Below the pieces are notes generated by a model. The model did not search any database, was not told the origin of the DNA, and saw only the letters and a program-made list of their open reading frames with translations. DNA of 64,000 nucleotides, from NCBI GenBank assembly GCA_001778875.1, contig MFIK01000041.1, positions 2,033 through 66,032 on the forward strand, read 5' to 3'. The number at the start of each line of letters is the position of its first letter. Within the stretch, counting starts at the first letter, position 1. Shown here one piece after another: positions 36,299-45,990 of this stretch. Position numbers and translations under genes: made by a program. This stretch comes from Candidatus Giovannonibacteria bacterium RIFCSPLOWO2_02_FULL_43_54. Its GTDB lineage: Bacteria > Patescibacteriota > Minisyncoccia > UBA11713 > 2-01-FULL-45-33.

Positions 36299-36853
36299 TC
36301 AATCCACCGGCACCCATGCTAGATCAAGGATGGTGTAAGTCGGGTTTCGTCTCCGAAAGACCGGCTTGACCGGCATTCCTATGTAAGGCTCATCTTCGGC
36401 AAATTTTGAAAGATAGCTCATTGGCCGTGTCCACACTTTTGGTATTTCAAGCGATATCAAGGGACACGGGACTGTTCCCTTAAATCCTGCTCCCGGCAAA
36501 TTTGTTGTTGAGTGGCTGTAAATTTTAGCACCCGTCGGATCAATGGTCATCCAAGTCATCTTGCGCCAGCAGTCCGGACAATGAACCCGGGGAGGCAGCC
36601 AAATATTTCCTTCCGGCCCTCCGCAATTCCAGCATTTAGTTCCCAAAAGCGCGCCTTCCGTAAGTCCTTTGAAAAATTTGGAAAGGCCTCCATAAGTATG
36701 TACGTGGACGATCTCCCGCGGATTGAATCTCACCAGTAAATCGTCCGGAATTTTTTCCTTGAACCATTCTTTGGCAAGTTTCGGCGCGCCGTCCGACGGT
36801 ATCATTACATGTTGTCTTATTTTTCTGTTATTCATTTTACCAGCCCCTTTCAA
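36299..36853 (-). CDS. DUF35 OB-fold / rubredoxin-like zinc-ribbon protein (partner subunit of SCP2-type thiolases)
   Basis: Cys-rich CWNCG...CPDC zinc ribbon plus OB fold; sits directly downstream of the SCP2-thiolase gene, as in known thiolase/DUF35 pairs. Confidence 0.65.
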   Translation of the reverse strand: MKGAGKMNNRKIRQHVMIPSDGAPKLAKEWFKEKIPDDLLVRFNPREIVHVHTYGGLSKFFKGLTEGALLGTKCWNCGGPEGNIWLPPRVHCPDCWRKMTWMTIDPTGAKIYSHSTTNLPGAGFKGTVPCPLISLEIPKVWTRPMSYLSKFAEDEPYIGMPVKPVFRRRNPTYTILDLAWVPVD

Positions 36854-38216
36854 GGATCAGTGCGGTTACGTGCGAGCCGGTTCCTGCGTGGCTGATTGCC
36901 ATTCCGCGCGTCGCGTTCGGCACCTGAAGACTTTTGAAATCTTTCGGCTTTGTTTTGCCATATTTATTCCAATATTTTTCGTCCGCGTGGAATTTTTCCC
37001 ATTCATTGCGGATTTGCCAAAAAATTTCCGCGATCTGGAAAATTCCGGTGGCTCCAACCGAATGCATCGAGCCGATAAGGCCGCCAGAAAGATTTGTCGG
37101 CAATTTGCGTTCTGACGGCAGATCACTTTCCAGATATGCCTCACCCGACTCAATAAATTCGGCGCCTCTGCCATAGGGGCGCAACCCGATATCTTCGTAG
37201 GTTATGATGTCTGAAACCGTGAACGCGTCGTGCGTTTCAAGCAGGTCAAGTTCGCGGATTGGATTATGAATTCCTGCCATATTATACGCCTGCCAGGCGG
37301 CGAAACGGGCTGCAAGAAAGCTTATAAAACCTGGCCAATCTCTTTCTGGCCAATCTTTATACATCTCCGGTGTTTCGCTTGGGAGAAGCAAGATCGGCAT
37401 GTTCCTGCGATCTGCCGTGCGCAATGTGTGCGATCCCGCGCCCATTCCCAAAACGCGCACTGGCTTGTCTGTAAACCGGAACGCGGTTTCTTCGTCCGCA
37501 ATTATCACGGATGCCGCTCCCGTGCTCATTACGCAGCACTCTGGAAATGTAAGCGGGTCTGAAACTATCTGCGAGTTCAGTATCTCTTCAATCGTATAAT
37601 CTTTCGGCGACTGCGAATACGGAGAGAAGCGCGCGTAATGATGGTTTTTTTGTGCGATCTTTGCAAGCGTTTCTCGTAGCGGCTTGTTTTCGTGGATATA
37701 TCTTTGCATTGGCAAACCGTAATAAGTTGTGTAGCTTCTGCCAAGTTCGTATTCAAAATCTTTGCACGCGGCGGATGCGATGTATGAGTTGCCTTGCCTG
37801 GTCGAAACTTCATCCATTCTCTCCCAGCCGATTACAGGCACGCAAGAAGCAACGCCTGACGCAACAGCCATTATGGCTGCCTGCGCTGCCGAACCGCCTG
37901 TTGCTCCACCTGTTTTCACCTCGATATTTCCGAGAGGATCAAATCCAGCATAGTCATGCACTTTTGCTGCGGCAAGCAATTGGTCGCCGAAATGGTCGGC
38001 AAATTGCGAATGCACGCAATAATTCGGCTCTTCCAGAAATTTTTTAGGTTCCATCCCGAGGCCATCCATAACGGCCATTCTTATTGCTTCAAGGCACAAT
38101 TCAACGGTCTGCTTTTCCGGATAAAATTTCCTGAAATCCGTCATCCCAGCGGCTACAATATAAACATTCCGCGATAGCTTAGGCACCCTCAAATTTCCTT
38201 TGCCGAATGTTAGCAT
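36837..38216 (-). CDS. SCP2/thiolase-like 3-ketoacyl-CoA thiolase
   Basis: Thiolase fold throughout (VYIVAAGMTDFRKF, catalytic Cys region, C-terminal HAGTGSH); 459 aa. Confidence 0.8.
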   Translation of the reverse strand: MLTFGKGNLRVPKLSRNVYIVAAGMTDFRKFYPEKQTVELCLEAIRMAVMDGLGMEPKKFLEEPNYCVHSQFADHFGDQLLAAAKVHDYAGFDPLGNIEVKTGGATGGSAAQAAIMAVASGVASCVPVIGWERMDEVSTRQGNSYIASAACKDFEYELGRSYTTYYGLPMQRYIHENKPLRETLAKIAQKNHHYARFSPYSQSPKDYTIEEILNSQIVSDPLTFPECCVMSTGAASVIIADEETAFRFTDKPVRVLGMGAGSHTLRTADRRNMPILLLPSETPEMYKDWPERDWPGFISFLAARFAAWQAYNMAGIHNPIRELDLLETHDAFTVSDIITYEDIGLRPYGRGAEFIESGEAYLESDLPSERKLPTNLSGGLIGSMHSVGATGIFQIAEIFWQIRNEWEKFHADEKYWNKYGKTKPKDFKSLQVPNATRGMAISHAGTGSHVTALILERGW

Positions 38217-38357
38217 TTATGCTCCTTTTCCTGTTTTCAATCCCGCCTTAGGCGGGTAAATCTATTCAAAAGCTAGCAAAAGAAAATTCTGACGTAAAGT
38301 CGATTGCCGGTTTGCAGATAGAAAATAACTCCCTTCTATTTTTCTACTTTTCATACA

Positions 38358-38393
38358 TTGATCAACTTTACGCGATCGCGTAAAGTTGAACCA
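38358..38393 (+). promoter_or_regulatory. Candidate autoregulated promoter: TTGATC (-35), 17-bp spacer that is the core of the perfect palindrome CAACTTTACGCGATCGCGTAAAGTTG (38363-38388), TAAAGT (-10), then the ATG 7 nt downstream (leaderless-type)
   Basis: 26-nt perfect palindrome overlapping consensus-like promoter hexamers immediately upstream of the ATG at 38394. Confidence 0.45.
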
Positions 38394-38951
38394 ATGGCAA
38401 AGTATTATTATAGCCCGATAAAACAGCGCGTTGTTATGCTTCTCGCGGCAGGTTTCATGCTTGGTTTTTCAAAGTCGCCGCGCACCCACGCAAAAATATG
38501 GAAAAGCCTTCCGAAAGTATGGAAAGAAATAGGGCGTATTACGCTCCGGCGCATCATTAAAGAATTTAAATATAAACGGTTAGTTGATTTCAAAGAAGAA
38601 AAAGACGGCACAGTGTCGGTCGTATTAACGAAACTCGGACAACATCATGCCTTAAAATATAATCCGGAAAAGATCAAAATTTCAATTCCGACGAAATGGG
38701 ACGGAAAATGGAGAGTTGTTATTTTTGATATACCGGAGAAGAAAAAGAAGGCAAGGGACGCTTTGCGTTGGGAACTCAAGAAAATAGGTTTTATAGAGCT
38801 TCAAAAAAGCGCCTGGATTTTCCCTTACGAATGCGAAAACGCGATTGATTTTATTGTTGAGTTATTTGATGTCCGCAATTATGTGCGGATATTGGAAGTA
38901 GCAAGCATGAATCATGATGCCGATTTGCTATTGGATTTTGATCTCACATAA
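38394..38951 (+). CDS. Predicted transcriptional regulator: N-terminal winged-helix-like region plus C-terminal Cas2/VapD-fold-like domain (PaaX-like architecture)
   Basis: C-terminal KWRVVIFDIPEKKKKARDALRWELKKIGFIELQKSAWIFP follows the Cas2 beta1-alpha1-beta2 pattern; flanked by two related palindromes; start at the ATG inside the listed ORF. Confidence 0.5.
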   Translation: MAKYYYSPIKQRVVMLLAAGFMLGFSKSPRTHAKIWKSLPKVWKEIGRITLRRIIKEFKYKRLVDFKEEKDGTVSVVLTKLGQHHALKYNPEKIKISIPTKWDGKWRVVIFDIPEKKKKARDALRWELKKIGFIELQKSAWIFPYECENAIDFIVELFDVRNYVRILEVASMNHDADLLLDFDLT

Positions 38952-38976
38952 TACTATAAACAGTAATGTAACTAGT

Positions 38977-39004
38977 CCAACTTTCCGCGGTCGCGAGAAG
39001 TTGG
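38977..39004. promoter_or_regulatory. Second, imperfect copy of the palindromic site (CCAACTTTCCGCGGTCGCGAGAAGTTGG) downstream of the regulator gene
   Basis: 22 of 26 positions identical to the upstream palindrome; no T-run, so unlikely to be a simple terminator. Confidence 0.4.
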
Positions 39005-39039
39005 ACGGATAGGTTTAAAGAAAATAAAAATCTAAAAAA

Positions 39040-39636
39040 TTATTTACAAGAATGAGAAGTGTGGAGTGCAGAAATAACTCCAGAAAAATTTGTACTGTCT
39101 GCACAATAATATTCTCCACTATATAGTTTGGCTGATACTGCGTAGGACTCTCCATCAGTACAACGAAATGGTTGACTCCCTAATTTTTCTTTTATCTCTG
39201 CCAACGTTCTATGTGCGGGCTCTTCTTTTGTATTACAAAAACCTGCATAATTTGGATGGGAATCCCTGTACATTTCAGCTGAAGGACGTGTGGTCGCTAT
39301 TAAGTTTAAGAGAGCAAGATCATCTTGGACTCTGTCTTTTTGAGTTTCCGCTGTCGCGCTCTTGCTCTGATCAATAATCATCGTCAAAGTTGCTTTGTAT
39401 CCTTGCGAGAGCCACTCGTCTGAACCATCTCGAGCTACCACAGAAATAACAATGAATTTGTTGTTATTTAGTGGTATAACATATGAGTCGCTTTTAGCTT
39501 TGGTTTCTTTGTAAATTATTTGTTTGGAATCAATCCCACTTATTTTTACTTTTTCTTCAACATAAGGACGACCTGAATATTCTGCCATACCTCTTGCCTC
39601 TATTGCCGGGTCTTTATCGACAAGATAAATTCCCAT
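39040..39636 (-). CDS. Hypothetical secreted or membrane-associated protein; possibly the C-terminal part of a frameshifted gene continuing from ORF 39695..39994
   Basis: 198-aa ORF; the upstream ORF lies in a different frame (offset 1 mod 3), separated by 58 nt. Confidence 0.35.
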   Translation of the reverse strand: MGIYLVDKDPAIEARGMAEYSGRPYVEEKVKISGIDSKQIIYKETKAKSDSYVIPLNNNKFIVISVVARDGSDEWLSQGYKATLTMIIDQSKSATAETQKDRVQDDLALLNLIATTRPSAEMYRDSHPNYAGFCNTKEEPAHRTLAEIKEKLGSQPFRCTDGESYAVSAKLYSGEYYCADSTNFSGVISALHTSHSCK

Positions 39637-39694
39637 CTCATGATCAAAGTAAGTATAATTTGAGGTGTATCCAATCGGTTCCTTTTTTCCAAGA

Positions 39695-39994
39695 TCAGAA
39701 AAAGGCTACTCCTTCTCTTACATCACTGACAATCCAATTTGATGGAATTGAGATATTATATAACCCTGATGGATGGCGATATGTTTTATTAGAAATTGAT
39801 TTCGCTGTCGCTGGCGAGGATGGTGTAGAAACTTCCAAATTAGTGTCCTCTATTTTCGAAGATTCGGATTTATTTTCAGATTTTGTAATTCCTTTATTTA
39901 AATAAATATATGTTCCTCCTCCAATCAAAACTAAACCTACAATGATTGCTATTGCCAAACCAATAAAACCTTGCTGTGAGTTTTTCATATTCAT
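39695..39994 (-). CDS. Hypothetical protein with an N-terminal transmembrane anchor (possible N-terminal part of a split gene)
   Basis: FIGLAIAIIVGLVLIGGGTYIY helix followed by a Ser/Thr-rich linker. Confidence 0.35.
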   Translation of the reverse strand: MNMKNSQQGFIGLAIAIIVGLVLIGGGTYIYLNKGITKSENKSESSKIEDTNLEVSTPSSPATAKSISNKTYRHPSGLYNISIPSNWIVSDVREGVAFF

Positions 39995-40095
39995 ATCATA
40001 TTCTTATTTTAGCAATTTATCAACCGAAACTCCAAGCGATTGAGCTAAACAGATTTCAGGCCAGAGTGCAGGAGAAAATAAAAGCCGCCTCTTTA

Positions 40096-40605
40096 TTAGA
40101 AGGCGGACAGTTCTTTTTTTTCGATCTGTTTCAATTTTTCTTCCCAAAGTACGGCAGGCCGGACGGCGTAATGAAAAATATATTGAGCTTTTAGAGTATG
40201 CGGCCGGCTGACATTGTTTAGATTTTTTACCTCAACGGCCACCGAAATGAGGTCCGGTTTAGCAAGCCTGTCATTTATGACGCGCGCGTTTATTCTCAAA
40301 CCTCTTTCGGCCTGGATGGTCGGGGCGTATAGTTTGCCCTTTTCGGTCTTTATATAAAGAACATATTCCTCGGGAGTTGTTAAAGTCATCGCGGCATAGA
40401 TGCCGACCATTACTGCGAAATCTTCGATTCTTTTTCCGCGCACCATCGGAAAGTTGTGCATTGTAAGGATTTCTTTGTTGCCCTCGAGTTCGAGAATGGC
40501 GTAAGCCTTTCCTGTCAGCAGAAGCCGTAATTTTAAATGATTTTCTTTCGCCGAATACAATTCTCCAAAAGACCTTTCAAGCTCAAGAATCCGCCCCACC
40601 GACAC
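40096..40605 (-). CDS. Hypothetical protein (169 aa)
   Basis: ORF with coherent coding statistics; no recognisable motif. Confidence 0.4.
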   Translation of the reverse strand: MSVGRILELERSFGELYSAKENHLKLRLLLTGKAYAILELEGNKEILTMHNFPMVRGKRIEDFAVMVGIYAAMTLTTPEEYVLYIKTEKGKLYAPTIQAERGLRINARVINDRLAKPDLISVAVEVKNLNNVSRPHTLKAQYIFHYAVRPAVLWEEKLKQIEKKELSAF

Positions 40606-40657
40606 TCCTTTTTTAAATTTAATCTATCCGGATACTAGCAAAATAAAAACGCCGGTG

Positions 40658-42364
40658 TCAAGGCACTGGCATTTTTTTATCAATAATTTTCTGCGCGATT
40701 TCCGCCATTTTCTTCCGGCTTTTTTTGCCGGTGTCTCCGAGTTCTATCTTTTCAATAAAAATTATTTCTTTTATTTTGATATGTTTTTCGAGTTTTTCGT
40801 TTTTCCGTCCGGCTTCGAAAAAATTGAGCAGGTCGGTTTTAGCCTCGCCCTCCTCGAAATCCTTCCCTGGCGAGGTTTTAAGAACAACACAAACAGCTGT
40901 CTCCGTTTCTCCGTCCATGTTAACCGGCACAGCCATCGCATCGTCCACAGACTCATGGGTTTTGGCACATTCGTCTATCGCGGGTCCTTGCACGAATTCT
41001 CCGCGCACTTTCCAGGCATCGGCGGACGCGCGCCAGCCGAAATAAAAAACATTTTTTGTTTCGAAAGGTTTTCGGCAGGTATCTCCCGTGTCAAACCATT
41101 TTCCTCCCCAGCGTTCGGACGGTGCGAAAGCTTTCCTTGTTGCTTCGGGGTTTTTAAAATATTCCCTGAAAACATTGTCTCCGCTGACGATAAGCCTGCC
41201 CCATTTTCCACCCTTTATTTCTTCCCAATTATTTTCCGGATCAACTATTTTAATATTGTCGTGAGAGAGCGCCGTGCCGATGGAGCCCCAATATATCGGG
41301 TCATCAATGTCCGTGCCCGTGCACCAGCAAAGAGTTTCGGTAAGGCCATAGCCCGGGCGGACCTGGATGCCGGTAAACGACATGAATCTTTTGTGTAGTT
41401 CCGGAGAAAGTATGTCGGCGCCGACTATCAGGAAGCGCATATCTTTTCGATGCTCTGCCGGAGGGATGCGGTGCGCGAGCACGTATTTGAGGAACGGGGG
41501 GATGACACTCGAATAAGTAATGTTCCAATCTCCAAGCGTTTTCAAAAATGTTTTCGGATTAGGAGAAGCGAGCACGGTCGTGCCGCCAAGTAGCGTCATC
41601 GCAAACACGTTGGTAACCTGCGCGTTAACGTGAAAAAGCTTATTTATCAGAAGACTTCTGTCATTTTCCGTAAGGCGGTAAGTTTTTATGATGTCCCTCA
41701 CGTTCGGCTCAAACATCCCGCAATGTTGAACTACGGCTTTGGGCTTTCCCGTCGTTCCAGAAGTGCAAATAAGCTGGAAAGGGTCATCTAATGTACGGTG
41801 AACTAGACGATAGTACGGTCGAATAAATTGTTTTAGAATATTCCAGGTGTAAGTTCCAGGATAGCCCTGTCCAATACGCTGCTTGTGGCTTTCAAATCTT
41901 TCGGCATCGTGCATTACAACGATGCGCAATCCGGGGAATTGTTTTAGTAAAAGTTCCAGGAGTAGCGACGGCTTGTTATTTATTTTATCCCAAACGTAGC
42001 GCTCTTGCGTGACCAAAAGTTTTGTTTCGCAAAGTTCCAGTGCGTAGAGCACCTGTTCCGACGTGTATAGGCAATTGACCGGATGGACTTTCGCTCCGAT
42101 GCGCATTGCGCCGATCCACGGCATGAAAAAGTGGAGGCCGTTTTCCAAAAGCAGGCTTACGGTGTCTCCCGGCTCTACGTAGAACGATTTGAGAAGTCCG
42201 GCCGCAAGCGCGGTTTCATCTTCCATTTGAGAATAAGTAAAGGCGCGGCAGGTGTCGGAATCTACCAAGCACAGTTTATTTTTTAAAAGAGGGTCCCGAA
42301 ACATAGTTACAAGGAGATCTGCCGGCGTGCGTCTGCCTGCCGATAAGCAGGATATTTTTTCCAT
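40658..42364 (-). CDS. AMP-forming acyl-CoA synthetase
   Basis: TSGTTGKPKAV, GYGLTET, GDTCRK... motifs of the ANL superfamily; 568 aa. Confidence 0.85.
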   Translation of the reverse strand: MEKISCLSAGRRTPADLLVTMFRDPLLKNKLCLVDSDTCRAFTYSQMEDETALAAGLLKSFYVEPGDTVSLLLENGLHFFMPWIGAMRIGAKVHPVNCLYTSEQVLYALELCETKLLVTQERYVWDKINNKPSLLLELLLKQFPGLRIVVMHDAERFESHKQRIGQGYPGTYTWNILKQFIRPYYRLVHRTLDDPFQLICTSGTTGKPKAVVQHCGMFEPNVRDIIKTYRLTENDRSLLINKLFHVNAQVTNVFAMTLLGGTTVLASPNPKTFLKTLGDWNITYSSVIPPFLKYVLAHRIPPAEHRKDMRFLIVGADILSPELHKRFMSFTGIQVRPGYGLTETLCWCTGTDIDDPIYWGSIGTALSHDNIKIVDPENNWEEIKGGKWGRLIVSGDNVFREYFKNPEATRKAFAPSERWGGKWFDTGDTCRKPFETKNVFYFGWRASADAWKVRGEFVQGPAIDECAKTHESVDDAMAVPVNMDGETETAVCVVLKTSPGKDFEEGEAKTDLLNFFEAGRKNEKLEKHIKIKEIIFIEKIELGDTGKKSRKKMAEIAQKIIDKKMPVP

Positions 42365-42428
42365 TATTTCAAAACGAATCTAGCAAAAAATTAGCATAAA
42401 AAAACAGCCCGCACAACAATGCGAGCCG

Positions 42429-42797
42429 TTAACGGAACGGGATGAACCAGCCAAAATATTTCACCGGCACCCTGTCGTAACCATAAACAGTAAACGTTGC
42501 CGGCGGCGTGCATTGTGAATCCCGCCTGCATCCGGCATAGATCATTTCCATGCCGGGAACACGCAACATCACAAAGGTGCTTTTCGGATTCCACATAACG
42601 AACGGCTCCGTAAAAGCGATATTCTTAATTCCATCGCGCAACATTTCTGCGGATGTTGCGTGCTCGCACATCTGGTCGAGAGCGATTTTTAGGTTTTGGC
42701 GAGCAAGCGCTTTGCAATCTATCGGTATTTCTTGCGGCACCGTTTCCTTTTCCATGTTTTCCGGTTCAAACCATTTACGCCAATTAAAAAAAATCAT
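42429..42797 (-). CDS. Hypothetical protein (122 aa)
   Basis: ORF; 4-nt overlap with the upstream gene. Confidence 0.35.
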   Translation of the reverse strand: MIFFNWRKWFEPENMEKETVPQEIPIDCKALARQNLKIALDQMCEHATSAEMLRDGIKNIAFTEPFVMWNPKSTFVMLRVPGMEMIYAGCRRDSQCTPPATFTVYGYDRVPVKYFGWFIPFR

Positions 42798-43174
42798 CGG
42801 TCTCTCCTTTTATTGGATTCGGACAACACCGTCTTTACTATGGAGAATTTCACCCCCCGGACCGTGCCAAGAAAAATCGTTCCACACCGCTCGCACTCAA
42901 ACGCTTTTTCATTAAAGCCGGTGTGATAGCCGATTTCTTTGGCCTCGTCTTCGGCATAAATGCCGCACTTCGGACATATTCTTCTGGCGATATCAAAGAT
43001 TTCGTCATCCGACGGCGCGTCTTCCACAAAATCATCTTTCCAATTAAATATGTCTTTGCCGGTAAAGATGACGGCAACATGGCGAATCGCCAAGAGGAAG
43101 AACCACATTGTCCCAAAGATTAGGTTTGTGATGATTGCCACGATATTATTACATGCATATCTTTTCATTGCCAT
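42794..43174 (-). CDS. Membrane protein with a cytoplasmic zinc ribbon (CPKCG...CERCG)
   Basis: N-terminal transmembrane helix plus two CxxC pairs; 126 aa. Confidence 0.4.
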   Translation of the reverse strand: MAMKRYACNNIVAIITNLIFGTMWFFLLAIRHVAVIFTGKDIFNWKDDFVEDAPSDDEIFDIARRICPKCGIYAEDEAKEIGYHTGFNEKAFECERCGTIFLGTVRGVKFSIVKTVLSESNKRRDR

Positions 43175-43213
43175 AATTTTCTCCTTCTGGTTTTTTCCTT
43201 ATTTATTTTTTTC

Positions 43214-43650
43214 AAACTACTCCCATCGCAAGATTCGTTCGCTCATGAGAACAAATCCTCGGATGGAAATTTGACTATTTTAGAGTCAATTTGCTACATT
43301 ATATGCATGCGATCGGATGCTTACTCGCGCACATTTTCTGAGTTTTTTCTTGACGGCGCCAAGATTATTTTCGGCTCTGTTTTTTTATACACTTGCCAGC
43401 ATTTTCGGTTTAACTGTGCTGGTTTGGCTTTTTATTACCCAAAATAAACACCGATAATTATGAACATTCAAGATTTAATTCCTTATATTCCCGTAACTTT
43501 GGTGCTTTTGCTCGGCTTTATTCTTGCATATCTGCTTTCTAAAAAAACCCGCTAAATTTTCAAAAGAACATCCCTTCGGTTTCGATTTTTAAATCTACTC
43601 CCATCGCAGAGCCCGAACTTGCTTCAGGCTCTCTGATGGAAGGGGAAATT
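43214..43650 (+). ncRNA. Intergenic region with two copies of a conserved motif, CTACTCCCATCGCA-(hairpin)-GATGGAA (about 43216-43270 and 43596-43640), flanking a 31-aa transmembrane microprotein ORF (43449-43544); candidate small RNAs or cis-elements
   Basis: Two ~50-nt segments with identical 14-nt 5-prime boxes, internal hairpins and complementary 3-prime boxes; the second is followed by a GGGGAAATTATTTTTTCCCC stem. Confidence 0.25.
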
Positions 43651-43895
43651 ATTTTTTCCCCCGTTTCCGAAGCAATCGTTTGATTGTTTTGGAGAGGCTT
43701 GCACCTCCGCCAATTGGCATATACTTCATAACAACCTCCCGCTTTCATCCAATAAATTTTTCTAAAGAACTCCCAAGCCTCAATCCATGGATACAAATCT
43801 TACGGCGTAATTATAGCACCTAAATAGGAAAAAGTCAATAGCATAGCAAAAAACGGCATGGTCAGGCCGTATTTTGGGTTGGCACGCTTATTTTT

Positions 43896-45923
43896 CTATA
43901 AAAACGGTATCAGCAAAAGCGCCACAATATTCACCACTTTTATCATCGGGTTGATCGCGGGGCCGGCGGTATCTTTGTACGGGTCTCCGACGGTATCGCC
44001 GGTGACGGCGGCTTTGTGCGCGTCGGAACCTTTTCCTCCGTAATTTCCTTCTTCAATGAATTTTTTGGCATTATCCCACGCGGCCCCTCCCGAAGTCATT
44101 GAGATGGCGACGAAAAATCCTGTGAGAATTGTTCCGATAAGCAATCCGCCGAGCGCTTTTGGTCCTAACCAAAGGCCCACGACGAGCGTTACTAAAATCG
44201 GAAGTAGTGCCGGCAATATCATTTCGCGCAGTGCCGCTTTCGTTACAATATCCACGGTGGCGGCATAGTCCGGCTTTGCTTCGCCTGTCATAATTCCTTT
44301 AATCTCCTTAAATTGCCTTCTTACTTCAAGCACCACTCCGCCGGCACTGTTGCCGACAGCTTTCATCGCGAGCGAAGCGAAAACATATGGGAGCATTCCT
44401 CCGAGAAAAAGTCCGGTAACGACTAAAGGATCTGAAAGATCAAAAACGGCAGCCAATCCTCGGGCAACGAGGTCCGTAGTATATGCGGCGAACAAAACCA
44501 TTGCGGCGAGTCCCGCGGAGGCGATAGCATAACCTTTTGTAATAGCTTTTGTCGTGTTGCCGACTGCGTCCAGCGGATCGGTAATTGCGCGGACACTTTT
44601 TGAAAGCCCCGCCATTTCAGCAATCCCGCCGGCATTGTCGGTTATCGGCCCGAACGAATCTATCGCAACAATTATCCCGGCCATTGAAAGCATTGAAACT
44701 GCGGCCAAAGCCACGCCGTAGAGCCCCGCGAATTGGAATGCGGCGTACGCGCCGAAGGCGATGACGAGCGAAGGGAGAGCGGTGGATTCCAAAGACATCG
44801 CAAGTCCCATGATAACGTTTGTGCCGTGTCCGGATTCGGAACTTTTTGCTATTGATTTAACGGGCCTGAATTTTTTTGAAGTGTAGTATTCCGTAATGAG
44901 CACTATCGCTAAAACTACAACAAGTCCGACAAGCGAGGCCAAAAAATAATCCATAGGTTTCCCGGGAATTTTTACTATATTCGTAAAAAAATCTGTTCCG
45001 CCATTTCCTGGGCTTGAGACAAGCCGTGAAATTCCCCAATAAAAACCGAGAGCGGATAATATTCCGGAAGCAATGAGCCCTTTATATAATCCCCACATTA
45101 TTTTTGTTTCGTCTGCTACCCTTACGAAATAAAAACCTATGATAGACGCCCAAATCGCAGTACCTCCCAAAAGAATCGGCAGAAGTATCGCGGCGTTTGA
45201 GCCCATAAATATCGCTCCTCCTAAAAGCATTCCGGCGATAAGCGTTACAGTGTATGTTTCAAAAAGATCCGCTGCCATTCCCGCGCAATCTCCCACGTTG
45301 TCTCCGACATTGTCCGCGATAACCGCCGGATTTCTCGGGTCGTCCTCGGGAATTCCTGCTTCGGTTTTTCCGACAAGGTCCGCGCCGACATCAGCAGCTT
45401 TTGTATAAATTCCTCCGCCTAAGCGTGAAAAAACGGAGATCAGTGATCCTCCGAACCCCAAACCTATTAAGGCTCGAAGATTTTCCGTTGTACTCCAGAA
45501 TCCTGCGACAACCAAAAGCCCCAAACCGACGACAAGAAATCCGGTAACCGCGCCTCCGCGGAACGCGAGCTGGAAAGCGGGCCGCAAACCGCGCTTCGCG
45601 GCTTCTGTAACGCGTGAATTTGCCATGACCGCAGTTTGCATTCCCAAAAACGCGGCGAGGGATGATGCGAGCGCGCCTACGATAAATCCAGAGGTAACCG
45701 TTAAATCAAATGCCCACCAAAGAGCAAGCGCGATGACAGCGCCTACTACGAAGATCGATTTAAATTGTCTTTTTAAAAAAGCTTTAGAACCCTCGCGGAT
45801 AGCTTCCGCTATCTCTTTCATTTTCTCGTCTCCTTCCGACTGTTTTTTTACCCCGCGCCTTAACCAGAGCGCGAAAACTATGGAAACGACGGCGGTGGCC
45901 AGCGCAAAATTTTCAATTGTCAT
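43896..45923 (-). CDS. hppA: Membrane-bound proton/sodium-translocating pyrophosphatase
   Basis: 675 aa, polytopic; conserved [12 protein letters not shown] motifs of V-type H+-PPase. Confidence 0.95.
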   Translation of the reverse strand: MTIENFALATAVVSIVFALWLRRGVKKQSEGDEKMKEIAEAIREGSKAFLKRQFKSIFVVGAVIALALWWAFDLTVTSGFIVGALASSLAAFLGMQTAVMANSRVTEAAKRGLRPAFQLAFRGGAVTGFLVVGLGLLVVAGFWSTTENLRALIGLGFGGSLISVFSRLGGGIYTKAADVGADLVGKTEAGIPEDDPRNPAVIADNVGDNVGDCAGMAADLFETYTVTLIAGMLLGGAIFMGSNAAILLPILLGGTAIWASIIGFYFVRVADETKIMWGLYKGLIASGILSALGFYWGISRLVSSPGNGGTDFFTNIVKIPGKPMDYFLASLVGLVVVLAIVLITEYYTSKKFRPVKSIAKSSESGHGTNVIMGLAMSLESTALPSLVIAFGAYAAFQFAGLYGVALAAVSMLSMAGIIVAIDSFGPITDNAGGIAEMAGLSKSVRAITDPLDAVGNTTKAITKGYAIASAGLAAMVLFAAYTTDLVARGLAAVFDLSDPLVVTGLFLGGMLPYVFASLAMKAVGNSAGGVVLEVRRQFKEIKGIMTGEAKPDYAATVDIVTKAALREMILPALLPILVTLVVGLWLGPKALGGLLIGTILTGFFVAISMTSGGAAWDNAKKFIEEGNYGGKGSDAHKAAVTGDTVGDPYKDTAGPAINPMIKVVNIVALLLIPFL

Positions 45924-45990
45924 AATGGTTTTTAGTATAATAAATTAAACAAATTTAGGCACCATTGACAAATATTATAAATCTAAGTGG

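Noticed and set aside
43200-43860. CRISPR array
   Set aside because: Only two to three copies of the motif, irregular spacing (~380 nt), motif units not of uniform repeat/spacer geometry, and no cas genes nearby
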